The notes under the pieces are model-generated. The model worked only from the letters and a program-made list of their open reading frames with translations, was not told the origin of the DNA and made no database searches. A stretch of DNA of 64,000 nt from an uncultured Agathobaculum sp. Lineage in GTDB: Bacteria > Bacillota > Clostridia > Oscillospirales > Butyricicoccaceae. The stretch lies in NCBI GenBank assembly GCA_944384725.1, contig CALWUJ010000004.1, forward strand, positions 33,189 to 97,188. The letters run 5' to 3'. Made by a program: the position numbers and the translations under genes. Positions 32,296 to 41,936 of this stretch are shown here, piece by piece (the first letter of the stretch is position 1; every line of letters starts with the position of its first letter).

Positions 32296-33045
32296 ATGCC
32301 GAAGGCAAAGTACGAACAGCTGTATCAGATTTTAAAAGAGAAAATCGAATCCGGTACATATCCGCCGCAGGAAATGCTGCCCAGCGAGCATACCCTCATC
32401 GCTGAACTGGGGTGTTCACGCAATACACTGCGCCGTGCCATAGGCGAGTTGGTGCGTGTCGGATATGTGCAGACCATGCAGGGAAAGGGCGTGCGCAGTA
32501 TTTATGAGCCGAGCCGCCAGACAACATTTACACTGGGCACAATCGAGACGTTTAGTGAGTCTGCCGAACGTAACCAGCAGCGTGGCGCAAGCAAAGTGCT
32601 GTTGTTTTCGTCGGTTACAGCGGATTGGCAGCTGGCTGAAAAAACCGGCTTTGCCGAGGGAACACCACTGTTTTATACCCAGCGTCTGCATTATCTGAAT
32701 GGGCGTCCACTGATTTTCAACCATAGCTATTTCCGGCAGGATGTGGCGCAGGGGCTGACACGGGAGATTGCAGAGCAGTCGATTTATCGTTATTTAGAAA
32801 CGGAACTGCATATTTCTATCATCAATAGCAAGCGTGTGGTGACAGTGGAAAAGGCGACGGCGCTTGATCTGCAACATTTGGATATGGGCGACTGCAACTG
32901 CCTTGCGGTTGTCAGCAGCCAAACGTACAACAGTGATGGCGTGATGTTTGAATATACGCAGTCGCGCCACCATCCGAACTTTTTCCGTTTTCAGGATAAT
33001 GCGGTGCGACGCTCCTCTGCCTATGGCAGACCGGAAGAAAAGTGA
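32296..33045 (+). CDS. treR: Trehalose operon repressor (GntR/UTRA)
   Basis: LPSE..L.....SR.T.R HTH, SIY.YLE, FEYTQSRH.P..F.F; divergent from treP. Confidence 0.88.
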   Translation: MPKAKYEQLYQILKEKIESGTYPPQEMLPSEHTLIAELGCSRNTLRRAIGELVRVGYVQTMQGKGVRSIYEPSRQTTFTLGTIETFSESAERNQQRGASKVLLFSSVTADWQLAEKTGFAEGTPLFYTQRLHYLNGRPLIFNHSYFRQDVAQGLTREIAEQSIYRYLETELHISIINSKRVVTVEKATALDLQHLDMGDCNCLAVVSSQTYNSDGVMFEYTQSRHHPNFFRFQDNAVRRSSAYGRPEEK

Positions 33046-33079
33046 TAGCATAGCAAAAACAAGACAAAGGAGCAATACA

Positions 33080-33730
33080 ATGAAACAGAGCAAACGTATT
33101 TTAGGCATTTGCGGCATTTTGGCGGCGCTGATTTTAAGCGGATGCGGTGCAGGGGAGAACAACACTACGGCGAATCACCAGAACGATCAGTCGAATACAA
33201 CGCAGAACGAAACCCAAACCGAGCCGACGAATGTCGGCACCCATCATGCGGAAATCAAGATTCAGGATATGGGCACCATCACAGTGGAGCTGGACGGCGA
33301 TGCAGCGCCCATTACGGTGCAGAATTTTATGGACCTCGCGGAAAGCGGTTTTTATGACGGCTTGACGTTTCACCGTATCATCAATGGTTTTATGATGCAG
33401 GGCGGCGATCCGAATGGCGATGGTACCGGCGGCTCTGAACAGACCATCAAGGGTGAGTTTTCCGAAAACGGTGTGGAAAACAATCTGTCGCATACGCGCG
33501 GCGCGATCTCGATGGCGCGTGCGCAGGATATGGACAGCGCTTCTTCACAGTTTTTCATCGTGCATCAGGACAGCACTTATCTGGATGGCCAGTATGCCTG
33601 CTTCGGGTATGTGACCGATGGTATGGACATCGTTGATGAGATTTGTGAGAATACCAAAGTAGAAGATGGCAACGGCACGGTCCTGCCGGAAAATCAGCCG
33701 GTGATCGAAAGCATTACGATCCTGGACTGA
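33080..33730 (+). CDS. Cyclophilin-type peptidyl-prolyl isomerase lipoprotein
   Basis: LSGC lipobox; FHRII.GFMMQGGDP, GAISMAR, SQFFI, LDGQY. Confidence 0.9.
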   Translation: MKQSKRILGICGILAALILSGCGAGENNTTANHQNDQSNTTQNETQTEPTNVGTHHAEIKIQDMGTITVELDGDAAPITVQNFMDLAESGFYDGLTFHRIINGFMMQGGDPNGDGTGGSEQTIKGEFSENGVENNLSHTRGAISMARAQDMDSASSQFFIVHQDSTYLDGQYACFGYVTDGMDIVDEICENTKVEDGNGTVLPENQPVIESITILD

Positions 33731-33743
33731 GTAGATGGTATCG

Positions 33744-33774
33744 AAAAACCGTCTCCCATGGGAGACGGTTTTTT
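33744..33774. terminator. Bidirectional terminator
   Basis: AAAAACCGTCTCCCATGGGAGACGGTTTTT between convergent genes. Confidence 0.85.
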
Positions 33775-33798
33775 GTTTCAATATGGGTGTAAGCAGGC

Positions 33799-34683
33799 TC
33801 AAGAGATGCTGGCTCGGAGCTGTGTCAAAAAGTATTCGGCTGCTTTGGATAAAGCCGCGTATCTCTTCCAGACCAGAGACATACCGAGTGTGATATCTGG
33901 ATTAAGTGGCCGGAAGCAAAGACTGCTGTCACCGCTGGTGTTGATGAGCTTATCAAGCGTCAATACATAGCCCATTTTTTCATCCGCCATCAGAGATGCA
34001 TTATATGCCAGATTGTAGGTTGCACTGATTTGCAGTTCTGACAGAGGTTTTTGTATCCATTGCAGAAAATTAGGAAAATGAATCATTTGGCGCGACAAAA
34101 TTAACGGTTTGTCCCATAGGTCTTCCGGTGTGATGCTGTCTTTTTCGGCAAGCGGAGCATCTCTGCGCATCAAAACACCCCAGTGGTCGAACATGGGCAG
34201 CGCCAATTGTTCATACTTGGAGGAGTCGGTCGTGCCGAGCAGCAGACCAAAGTCGAACAGTCCTTTGTCCAGCCTGTCGATGAGATCTTGTCCATCTCCG
34301 CTGACGATGTGAAAATGTACATCTGGATATTCCTCTTGGATTTGGTACGCCACTCGTGCGATTGCACGCAGCGAATCGGTTTCACCGGCACCAATGAAGA
34401 TATCACCAGCCAATCTGCGGCCGGACTGCCGGATTTCGTTTTCGGTTTTCTGCACCAGATCTACGATTTCCTGCGCGCGCTTGCGAAACAGGCGGCCTTC
34501 TTCGGTCAGCCCGATTTTGTGGTTTCGCTTGCCGCGCACCAGAAGCTGCTTGCCAAGCTCATCTTCCAGATCTTTCAGCTGACGAGAAATAGTGGGCTGT
34601 GTCAGATTTAAGTATTCAGCGGCGGCTGAAATACTCTGCTCCTGCGTGACAGCCAAAAAATATTCCAAAACCCGAAGTTCCAT
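33799..34683 (-). CDS. LysR-family transcriptional regulator
   Basis: N-terminal HTH (ISAAA..L..TQPTISRQL..LE.ELG), substrate-binding domain. Confidence 0.92.
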   Translation of the reverse strand: MELRVLEYFLAVTQEQSISAAAEYLNLTQPTISRQLKDLEDELGKQLLVRGKRNHKIGLTEEGRLFRKRAQEIVDLVQKTENEIRQSGRRLAGDIFIGAGETDSLRAIARVAYQIQEEYPDVHFHIVSGDGQDLIDRLDKGLFDFGLLLGTTDSSKYEQLALPMFDHWGVLMRRDAPLAEKDSITPEDLWDKPLILSRQMIHFPNFLQWIQKPLSELQISATYNLAYNASLMADEKMGYVLTLDKLINTSGDSSLCFRPLNPDITLGMSLVWKRYAALSKAAEYFLTQLRASIS

Positions 34684-34746
34684 GCTCCGCCTCGCTTTCT
34701 ATGAGATAAAATAAGGAATGGATGCAAACAGTGTACCGACATTATG

Positions 34747-34763
34747 CATGCTTGTCAAGCATG
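34747..34763. promoter_or_regulatory. LysR recognition box
   Basis: Palindrome CATGCTTGTCAAGCATG (ATGC-N7-GCAT, T-N11-A) in divergent spacer. Confidence 0.6.
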
Positions 34764-34855
34764 AAATATAGAAAAGGATAAGTATTTGCTATTGGATGCT
34801 TTTCTTCTTATAATAAAAAGAGAAAGAAGATATGCATGCAAGGGAGGAATCCAAA

Positions 34856-35395
34856 ATGAGCAAAAGAGTTTTGATTGTGGCATCCAGTCCGCGGCGTAAC
34901 GGCAATTCAAACTGCCTTGCCGAATCGTTTGCAAGAGGTGCAGAACAAGCGGGACATCAGGTGGAAACCGTTTACTTATGTGAAAAAGACATTGGGTTTT
35001 GCCGGGGCTGCCTGTCTTGTCAAACAACACAGCGCTGTGTGATAAAAGATGATGCGAGTACGATTGCACAGCAGATGGGGAAAGCGGATGTATTGATGTT
35101 TGCCACACCGATTTATTACTATGGCATGAGCGGTCAGATGAAAACCATGCTGGATCGAGCCAATCCGCTGTTTCCATCGGATTACGCTTTCCGTGATGTT
35201 TATCTGCTGACAGCGGCGGCGGAGGACGATGCGGAAACGCCGGAAGGCGCAGTGCATGGATTACAGGGCTGGATCAGCTGTTTTGAAAAGGCACGTTTGG
35301 CAGGCAGTGTGTTTGCCGGTGGTGTGACGGATGCAGGAGATATTGAAGGCCATCCGGCAATGCAAACCGCGTTTGAGATGGGAAGCAGAATCTAA
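34856..35395 (+). CDS. Flavodoxin-fold iron-sulfur flavoprotein
   Basis: SPRRNGNS, CxxCxxC-x5-C, TPIYYY motifs. Confidence 0.85.
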   Translation: MSKRVLIVASSPRRNGNSNCLAESFARGAEQAGHQVETVYLCEKDIGFCRGCLSCQTTQRCVIKDDASTIAQQMGKADVLMFATPIYYYGMSGQMKTMLDRANPLFPSDYAFRDVYLLTAAAEDDAETPEGAVHGLQGWISCFEKARLAGSVFAGGVTDAGDIEGHPAMQTAFEMGSRI

Positions 35396-35416
35396 TAAGA
35401 AAGGAAGAATAGCAGT

Positions 35417-36184
35417 ATGGCAGTCAAACAGACGGCAGGACGGGATGCGCTCGGCACTTTTGCCCCGAAATTTGCAGAGCTCAATGATGATGTATTGTTT
35501 GGTCAAGTCTGGAACCGGGAGGATAAGCTTTCGCTGCGTGATCGCTCGCTGGTGACGGTGGTCAGCCTGATGGCCCAGGGACTGGTGGATTCTTCGTTTG
35601 AGTATCATTTGACCACAGCCAAGCAGAATGGCATTACGCGTACGGAAATCGCAGAAATTTTGACGCATGCAGCGTTTTATGCAGGCTGGCCCAAGGCGTG
35701 GGCGGCATTTCGCATGGCAAAAGAAGTCTGGACAGAAGAAGAGCAGGCAGCGGATGGAAAAGCGGCACATCAGAACGAGATGGTATTCCCGATTGGCGCG
35801 CCGAATGACGGCTTTGCGCAGTATTTTGTCGGACAGAGTTATCTCGCTCCGGTTTCTACTGAGCAGGTCGGTGTGTTCAATGTAACTTTCGAACCGGGCT
35901 GCCGCAATAACTGGCATATTCATCATGCGGATCAAGGTGGCGGACAGATCCTCATCTGTGTGGCCGGCAAAGGGTATTATCAGGAATGGGGAAAGCCAGC
36001 AATTGAGATGCATCCGGGCGATACGGTCAATATTCCAGTGGGTGTCAAGCATTGGCACGGTGCCGCACCGGATAGCTGGTTCTCGCATCTGGCAATCGAA
36101 GTGCCGGGGGAGAATGGCAGTAACGAATGGCTGGAGGCAGTGGATGATGCAGCGTACACTGCCGCATGCGAACAGAATGCTTGA
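35417..36184 (+). CDS. Carboxymuconolactone decarboxylase-family / cupin fusion protein
   Basis: FGQVW.R..LS.RDRSLVT, FYAGWP CMD motifs; WHIH..GGQIL, KHWHGA cupin motifs. Confidence 0.85.
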   Translation: MAVKQTAGRDALGTFAPKFAELNDDVLFGQVWNREDKLSLRDRSLVTVVSLMAQGLVDSSFEYHLTTAKQNGITRTEIAEILTHAAFYAGWPKAWAAFRMAKEVWTEEEQAADGKAAHQNEMVFPIGAPNDGFAQYFVGQSYLAPVSTEQVGVFNVTFEPGCRNNWHIHHADQGGGQILICVAGKGYYQEWGKPAIEMHPGDTVNIPVGVKHWHGAAPDSWFSHLAIEVPGENGSNEWLEAVDDAAYTAACEQNA

Positions 36185-36209
36185 CAAATGTTTCAGCAAG
36201 TGCTAATTT
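36181..36209 (+). promoter_or_regulatory. sigmaA promoter of thiamine operon
   Basis: TTGACA-N17-TAATTT with TG extension. Confidence 0.6.
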
Positions 36210-36214
36210 AATAT

Positions 36215-36300
36215 AAAGCAAGGGAGCTTCCGTTGGAGGCTGAGAGGAGGTTTCGACCTCGACCTTACCTGATTTGGATAATGCCAACGTAGGGATGCTG
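36215..36300 (+). ncRNA. TPP riboswitch aptamer
   Basis: GGGAGC...GCTGAGA...ACC...CCTGAT..GGATAATGCC.ACGTAGGGA signature upstream of thiD. Confidence 0.93.
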
Positions 36301-36344
36301 GAACAAGCTGGAACCGCACACAGGTGCGGTCATTTTCGGACGCG

Positions 36345-36375
36345 AAAGGACATCCTGATCGGGATGTCCTTTTTT
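36345..36375 (+). terminator. TPP riboswitch expression-platform terminator
   Basis: AAGGACATCC/GGATGTCCTT + TTTT between aptamer and thiD. Confidence 0.8.
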
Positions 36376-36403
36376 CATGCAGAAAAGACAGGAGGAAATG
36401 GGA

Positions 36404-37195
36404 ATGAAGAAAGTACTTACCATCGCAGGCTCGGACTGTTCGGGTGGTGCGGGTGTGCAGGCGGATTTGAAGACGATGGCGGCACACGGTGTATTCGGCA
36501 TGAGCGTGATCGTGTCGGTCGTGGCGGAAAATACCGCCCGTGTGATCGACATTCAGGACATTAGTCCCAAGATGATTGAGGAGCAGATCGACGCCGTTTT
36601 TGAGGATATCGTCCCGGATGCGGTCAAGATCGGCATGCTGTCCTCACCCGCATGCATGAAAGCGGTCGCGGGAAAGCTCGCGCAGTACCGTCCGCAGCAT
36701 GTGGTCATCGACCCGGTGATGTTCGCCAAGAACGGCGACGCACTGATGGACCCAGCCTCCGTTGGCACGCTGATCGAGACTGTGCTGCCGTATGCAGATA
36801 TTTTGACACCCAATATTCCGGAGGCGCAGTACATTGCGGATATGCAGATTAACACGCCCGCGGATATGGAGGAGGCAGCGCGCCGCATCCACGCTAAGGG
36901 TTGCCGCAACGTGCTTGTAAAGGGCGGCAAGAACATGGCAGGCGCCGTGGATGTGCTGTATGATGGGACGGACTTTCACCGCTATGAGATCGTACAGCTC
37001 GATACCACCAGCACGCATGGCACGGGCTGCACGCTGTCCTCCGCGATTGCGTCCAACCTTGCGCTGGGATACACCATCCCGGAGGCGGTGGAGCGTTCCA
37101 AAGCCTATGTAACGGACGCCATCCGTCATGCACCCGGCTTTGGAAATGGCTGCGGGCCGCTGAATCATTTTTGCCGTTTGTTTCCGGAGGAGTGA
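36404..37195 (+). CDS. thiD: Hydroxymethylpyrimidine/phosphomethylpyrimidine kinase
   Basis: TIAGSD.SGGAG.QADLK, DPVM, TPN.PEA, HGTGC. Confidence 0.93.
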   Translation: MKKVLTIAGSDCSGGAGVQADLKTMAAHGVFGMSVIVSVVAENTARVIDIQDISPKMIEEQIDAVFEDIVPDAVKIGMLSSPACMKAVAGKLAQYRPQHVVIDPVMFAKNGDALMDPASVGTLIETVLPYADILTPNIPEAQYIADMQINTPADMEEAARRIHAKGCRNVLVKGGKNMAGAVDVLYDGTDFHRYEIVQLDTTSTHGTGCTLSSAIASNLALGYTIPEAVERSKAYVTDAIRHAPGFGNGCGPLNHFCRLFPEE

Positions 37196-37198
37196 ACC

Positions 37199-37711
37199 AT
37201 GATGCAAACAAAATCCGTTCGTAAGTTAACGCTTGCAGGTCTGCTAGTCGCCATTGCAGTGGTCGGCAGCTTGTTTTCTATTCCGGTATTGGGCGCGAAG
37301 TGCTCACCTGTGCAGCACATGGTCAATGTGCTGGGCGCAGTGCTGCTCGGCCCGTGGTATGCGGTTGGTATGGCATTTGCCGCCTCGCTGATTCGTAATC
37401 TGTTGGGGCTTGGCAGTCTGCTTGCGTTTCCCGGTTCCATGATCGGTGCGCTGCTGTGCGGTCTGCTGTATAAGCTGTGTCCCAAGCTTCCGGTCGCCTA
37501 TGTCGGTGAGGTGTTCGGTACAGGCATTTTGGGCGGTATTGCGTCTTATCCGATTGCAGCGGTGCTTATGAATAATAAGGCAGCGGCGCTCTTTACCTTT
37601 GTCCCGTCTTTTCTGGTTTCGACAGCGGTCGGCGCTGCCATATCGGTCTTTGTTCTGGCAGCGCTCAAGCGCACACAGGTATTCAGCCAGTTGGAGGGCG
37701 CGCTGCGGTGA
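37199..37711 (+). CDS. thiW: ECF S-component, thiazole transporter ThiW
   Basis: P.QH.VNV, LAFPGSM.GA, GEVFGTG. Confidence 0.9.
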   Translation: MMQTKSVRKLTLAGLLVAIAVVGSLFSIPVLGAKCSPVQHMVNVLGAVLLGPWYAVGMAFAASLIRNLLGLGSLLAFPGSMIGALLCGLLYKLCPKLPVAYVGEVFGTGILGGIASYPIAAVLMNNKAAALFTFVPSFLVSTAVGAAISVFVLAALKRTQVFSQLEGALR

Positions 37712-38535
37712 CGGATAGGATAAAGCAGATCATATCGCGTGCGCAGTCGGTTCGCCCGATGGTGCATTCGATTACCAACAACGTGACCATCAACGATTGC
37801 GCGAATATCATCCTTGCGGCAGGCGGCACGGCCATCATGGCGCAGGATGAGCGCGAGGTGGAGGAGATCACTGCACATGCCGATGCGCTTGCGCTCAATA
37901 TGGGTGCGCTGCGCGCACAGGAAGCGATGCTGCTGGCGGCGCGCACGTCTAAGCGGCTGGGGCATCCGGTCGTACTCGACCCGGTTGCGGCTGGAGCAAG
38001 CCGTTTGCGCAGCGAAATGTGCAGCCGTTTGCTGGCCGAGGGGCTGGTGTCGGTCATTCGCGGCAATGCGTCCGAAATTCGCGCCCTTGCGGCGGGACAG
38101 GAGAACGCCGCAGGCGTGGAAGTGGATGCACTCGATCGCGTGACCGAACAAAACCTTGCTGAATCGGCTGCGTGGCTGCGTCAGTTCAGCCGGCAGACCG
38201 GCGTGGTCGTCATGCTGACCGGCGTGATCGACCTGATAACCGATGGACAACGCACCGCAGTGCTGCGGGGCGGCAGTGAGCTGATGGGCCGGATCACCGG
38301 TGCCGGATGTATGCTCACGTCGCTGACCGCACTGTATTGCGGCGCGAATCCAAATACATTATTTGAGGCCGCCGTCGCGGCCGCGGAGGTGATGAAGCAT
38401 TGCGGAGAACAAGCGCAGGTGCGCGTGCGTAAAGAGATGGAGGGCACCGCTTCCTTTCGCACACGCCTGATTGACGCGGTCAGCTTATTGACTGCCGATG
38501 ATCTGGCAAACGCACACCAAATTCAACTTATTTAA
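37708..38535 (+). CDS. thiM: Hydroxyethylthiazole kinase
   Basis: ITN.VT.NDCAN, LDPV, IRGN.SEI, TGAGC. Confidence 0.92.
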   Translation: MTDRIKQIISRAQSVRPMVHSITNNVTINDCANIILAAGGTAIMAQDEREVEEITAHADALALNMGALRAQEAMLLAARTSKRLGHPVVLDPVAAGASRLRSEMCSRLLAEGLVSVIRGNASEIRALAAGQENAAGVEVDALDRVTEQNLAESAAWLRQFSRQTGVVVMLTGVIDLITDGQRTAVLRGGSELMGRITGAGCMLTSLTALYCGANPNTLFEAAVAAAEVMKHCGEQAQVRVRKEMEGTASFRTRLIDAVSLLTADDLANAHQIQLI

Positions 38536-38602
38536 GTAAAACACACAACAAGTGCTGCCGGCAAGCTGCCGTCAGTCCAAGTCATTCATTGGGGGTACCA
38601 CC

Positions 38603-39274
38603 TTGAAAAACAATCAAACAACCGAGAGACTGCTTGACGCGTCCCGGGAAATATGGGCGGGTTATCTGACCCATCCCTTTGTCCGGGGCATTGCAGACGG
38701 CAGCCTTGCTGTAAACAAATTCCGTTTCTATCTGTTGCAGGATTACCTGTATCTGTTCGATTACGCCAAGGTATTTGCGCAGGGCGTAGTCAAATCTCGT
38801 GAGCCGGAAATCATGCGTACCTACGCATCCTATGTTGCCAGCATTTTGAACGGCGAAATGGAAATCCATCGCGGCTATATGGCGCGTCTGGGTATCACCC
38901 AGACACAGGCAGAGTCTGTTAAGCCCTCGCTGAGCAACCAGTCTTATACCGCTTATATGCGTGCGGTTGCGGCAGAGGAAGGCCCGGCCGAAATCATGGC
39001 GGCGGTGTTGTCGTGCGCGATCAGCTATGAGTACATCGCAAAGTGGATCGTTGAAAACTATCCGGATGCAGAAAACCACGATTTTTACGGCGAATGGGTG
39101 CGCGGTTACGCAAGTGAAAGCTATGCTGCGGAAAACCAGCGCCTGATTGCGCTGATGGAGCGTCTGAGCGCAGATTACACCGAAGCACAGCTCCAGCGGC
39201 TGACGGATATTTTCGTCGATTGCTCGCGCTATGAGGCGATGTTCTGGGATATGGCGTGGAACGAGGCAATGTGA
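38603..39274 (+). CDS. tenA: Thiaminase II / aminopyrimidine aminohydrolase (TenA_C)
   Basis: HPFV, QDYLYL, catalytic Cys in SCAISY, E..FWDMA; TTG start. Confidence 0.9.
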   Translation: MKNNQTTERLLDASREIWAGYLTHPFVRGIADGSLAVNKFRFYLLQDYLYLFDYAKVFAQGVVKSREPEIMRTYASYVASILNGEMEIHRGYMARLGITQTQAESVKPSLSNQSYTAYMRAVAAEEGPAEIMAAVLSCAISYEYIAKWIVENYPDAENHDFYGEWVRGYASESYAAENQRLIALMERLSADYTEAQLQRLTDIFVDCSRYEAMFWDMAWNEAM

Positions 39275-39278
39275 CGCG

Positions 39279-40034
39279 ATGCTTGAGTTTCAAAACGTTG
39301 TATTCCAGTATGACAGCGAGGATTTTAATATCATAGACGGTCTGTCGTTTCATATTGAGAAAGGCGAGTTTGTGTCGGTCATCGGTCCGTCGGGCTGCGG
39401 CAAATCCACGATTTTTCGACTGACCAATCAGCTGCTGTCCAAAAAGTCGGGCGAGATTCTGGTCGATGGCGAGAAAATCGATGGGCGGCGTGGCTACTGC
39501 GGCTATATGCCGCAGCGCGATCTGCTGTTCCCGTGGCGCAATGTACGGGACAACCTGTGCCTGCCGATGGAGATTCGCGGCGGCATTGGCCGCGCGGAGA
39601 TGATACAGCGGGCGGATGAGACGCTCGCGCATGTTGGATTGTCCGGTTGGGGCGATAAACGACCGGATGAGCTCTCTGGCGGCATGCGGCAGCGCGCGGC
39701 CTTTGCACGCACGCTGTTGACGGGCTCGGAGTTGCTGTTGCTGGACGAGCCGTTTTCTGCGCTCGATTTCCTCACGCGCATCAACATGCAAGAGTGGCTG
39801 CTCGATCAATGGGAGAGTGACCACAAGACCGTGCTGTTCATCACGCATGACGTGGAAGAGGCGATTTTCCTGTCCAGCCGTGTGCTGGTCGTGGAAGAAA
39901 TGCCGATCCGGCGTCTCGTCTCGTTTGAAGTGCCTGCGCCGTATCCGCGCACGCGCGCCTGCCTGACCGATCCGGAAATGCTTGCGCTGCGCGAGCAGCT
40001 GATCGACTTGTTGCGGCGGGAGGTGTCGGCATGA
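39279..40034 (+). CDS. thiZ: HMP/aminopyrimidine ABC transporter ATPase (ThiZ-like)
   Basis: GPSGCGKS, LSGGMRQR, LDEPFSALD, THD; in TPP operon. Confidence 0.78.
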   Translation: MLEFQNVVFQYDSEDFNIIDGLSFHIEKGEFVSVIGPSGCGKSTIFRLTNQLLSKKSGEILVDGEKIDGRRGYCGYMPQRDLLFPWRNVRDNLCLPMEIRGGIGRAEMIQRADETLAHVGLSGWGDKRPDELSGGMRQRAAFARTLLTGSELLLLDEPFSALDFLTRINMQEWLLDQWESDHKTVLFITHDVEEAIFLSSRVLVVEEMPIRRLVSFEVPAPYPRTRACLTDPEMLALREQLIDLLRREVSA

Positions 40035-40780
40035 AGAAAAACGCTAATCTTCCTGCGCTGCTGTTTCTGTTTGCGCTGCTCATTTTGTGGCAGGCAGGCG
40101 CGATGGGGATGAATGCAGCGTACATTCTGCCGTCGCCAACACAGATTCTGGTGCGCATGTGGGAGTTGCGCGGTCCATTGCTGACCGCACACCTGCCTGC
40201 AACGCTTTTATGCACGGGAATTGGTCTTGCAATCTCCATTGTGCTGGGGCTGCTGCTTGCGGTATGGATGGACGCCAGTCCGGTCGCAGAGAAGATGCTT
40301 TATCCGCTGATCGTTGCCTCGCAGACCATCCCGACGACTGCACTTGCTCCGCTGTTTGTGCTCTGGTTTGGATATACCATCTGGAGCAAGGTGCTGGTTA
40401 CGGTGCTGATTACATTTTTCCCGATTGCCATTACGGTGTTTGACGGTTTCCGATCAGCCAGCACGGATATGATTGACATGCTGAAAACCTTTGGCGCGGG
40501 TAAGCGGGACATTTTTCTCAAGCTCAAGCTGCCCGCTGCGCTGCCGTACTTCTTTTCCGCCATCAAAATGGCAATTCCACTGTCCATCATCGGTGCGGCA
40601 ATCGGTGAGTGGCTGGGTGCGCAGGCAGGTCTTGGCTATTTCAGCCGCCGCATGATGACCCAGCTCGATGGTGCGGGCGTATTTGCGCCCATTGTGCTGC
40701 TGAGTGTTGTTGCCATGCTGGCAGTTGCCATTGTGTCGTGGGTTGAGAAAAAGGTCATTACTTGGCGCGGCAGCTTATAA
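40031..40780 (+). CDS. thiX: HMP ABC transporter permease (ThiX-like)
   Basis: SsuC/TauC-type permease (QTIP..ALAPL, GEWLG..GLG). Confidence 0.78.
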   Translation: MKKNANLPALLFLFALLILWQAGAMGMNAAYILPSPTQILVRMWELRGPLLTAHLPATLLCTGIGLAISIVLGLLLAVWMDASPVAEKMLYPLIVASQTIPTTALAPLFVLWFGYTIWSKVLVTVLITFFPIAITVFDGFRSASTDMIDMLKTFGAGKRDIFLKLKLPAALPYFFSAIKMAIPLSIIGAAIGEWLGAQAGLGYFSRRMMTQLDGAGVFAPIVLLSVVAMLAVAIVSWVEKKVITWRGSL

Positions 40781-40800
40781 CAGAAAGGAACGGAATATAA

Positions 40801-41823
40801 ATGAAAAAGAGAATTTTTGCCATATTGGTAGCATGTGCATTGCTCCTGAGCGGCTGCGCAGGCGGCCAGCAGGCCGGAAATAAAACGGAAAACGCAGAAA
40901 ACAGCAACGGTGATCTGCGTGAACTGACCGTTGTGCTCGACTGGTATCCGAATGCCTTGCACGCGTTTTTGTATCAGGCAGAGCAGGCGGGTTACTTTGC
41001 GGAGGAAGGGCTGACGGTCAACATCCAGCCGCCCGCAGGTGTCAACGACGCAATGAGTATGGTCGCAGCTGGCAAGGCAGATATTGGTTTGTACTATCAG
41101 CAGGATGTCATTCAGGCGCGCGTGGAACAGGGTGTGCCGGTCAAGTCGATTGCAGCGGTTGTTCAGGCGCCGCTGAACATCATCCTGTCGCTCAAGGAAA
41201 AGGATATTACCGAGCCTGCTGATCTGGTCGGCAAGACCATTGGTTACGCGGGAACTGAGCTGTCCGAAGCGCTGGTGCACAGCATCATGAAGAATAGCGG
41301 TCAGGACCCGTCGAGTGTAGAGATGGTCGACGTTGGATTTGACCTGATGAGCTCAATGGTGACGGGGAATGTCGATGCGACGATCGGCTGTCTGGTCAAC
41401 CATGAGGTGCCGCAGATGGAGAAAGAGGGCTTTGAGGTCAACTACTTCTTCCCGGATGATTTTGGTGTACCGCAGTATTATGAGGGCATTTTTTTGGCTA
41501 ACGATGAAATGATTGAAAGTGAGCCGGATGTATTGGCTGGTTTCCTGCGTGCTTGCCAGAAGGGCTTTGAGGATTTCAAGAACGACACAGACGCGGTGTT
41601 GCAGGTGTTGCTGGATAATCAGGACGAGTCCAATTTCCCGCTGGATCCCGATGTAGAAAAGCAGTCCTGTCAGACGCTTCTTCCGCTGATGGAAACCACG
41701 GATGCGCCGTTCCTTAGCCAGAGTGCGGACTGCTGGCAGGAGAATATCGACTGGATGTATGACGAGGGCTTGATTTCAACCAAGCCGGATGTTTCCGAAG
41801 TTATGGCAACGATTGATTTTTGA
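40801..41823 (+). CDS. thiY: HMP/FAMP-binding lipoprotein (ThiY/NMT1 family)
   Basis: LSGC lipobox, LDWYPN..H motif. Confidence 0.8.
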   Translation: MKKRIFAILVACALLLSGCAGGQQAGNKTENAENSNGDLRELTVVLDWYPNALHAFLYQAEQAGYFAEEGLTVNIQPPAGVNDAMSMVAAGKADIGLYYQQDVIQARVEQGVPVKSIAAVVQAPLNIILSLKEKDITEPADLVGKTIGYAGTELSEALVHSIMKNSGQDPSSVEMVDVGFDLMSSMVTGNVDATIGCLVNHEVPQMEKEGFEVNYFFPDDFGVPQYYEGIFLANDEMIESEPDVLAGFLRACQKGFEDFKNDTDAVLQVLLDNQDESNFPLDPDVEKQSCQTLLPLMETTDAPFLSQSADCWQENIDWMYDEGLISTKPDVSEVMATIDF

Positions 41824-41840
41824 ATCTGAAAAGAGATGAT

Positions 41841-41878
41841 AAAAAGGCTCCCTCTATGTTTGATAGAGGGAGCCTTTT
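41841..41878. terminator. Bidirectional terminator
   Basis: AAAAGGCTCCCTCTAT/ATAGAGGGAGCCTTTT. Confidence 0.8.
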
Positions 41879-41936
41879 GTAGATGGAAGGAAAACAAAAG
41901 AGCATAATCATTGTTTTATTTCTTCCGAAAAATTAG

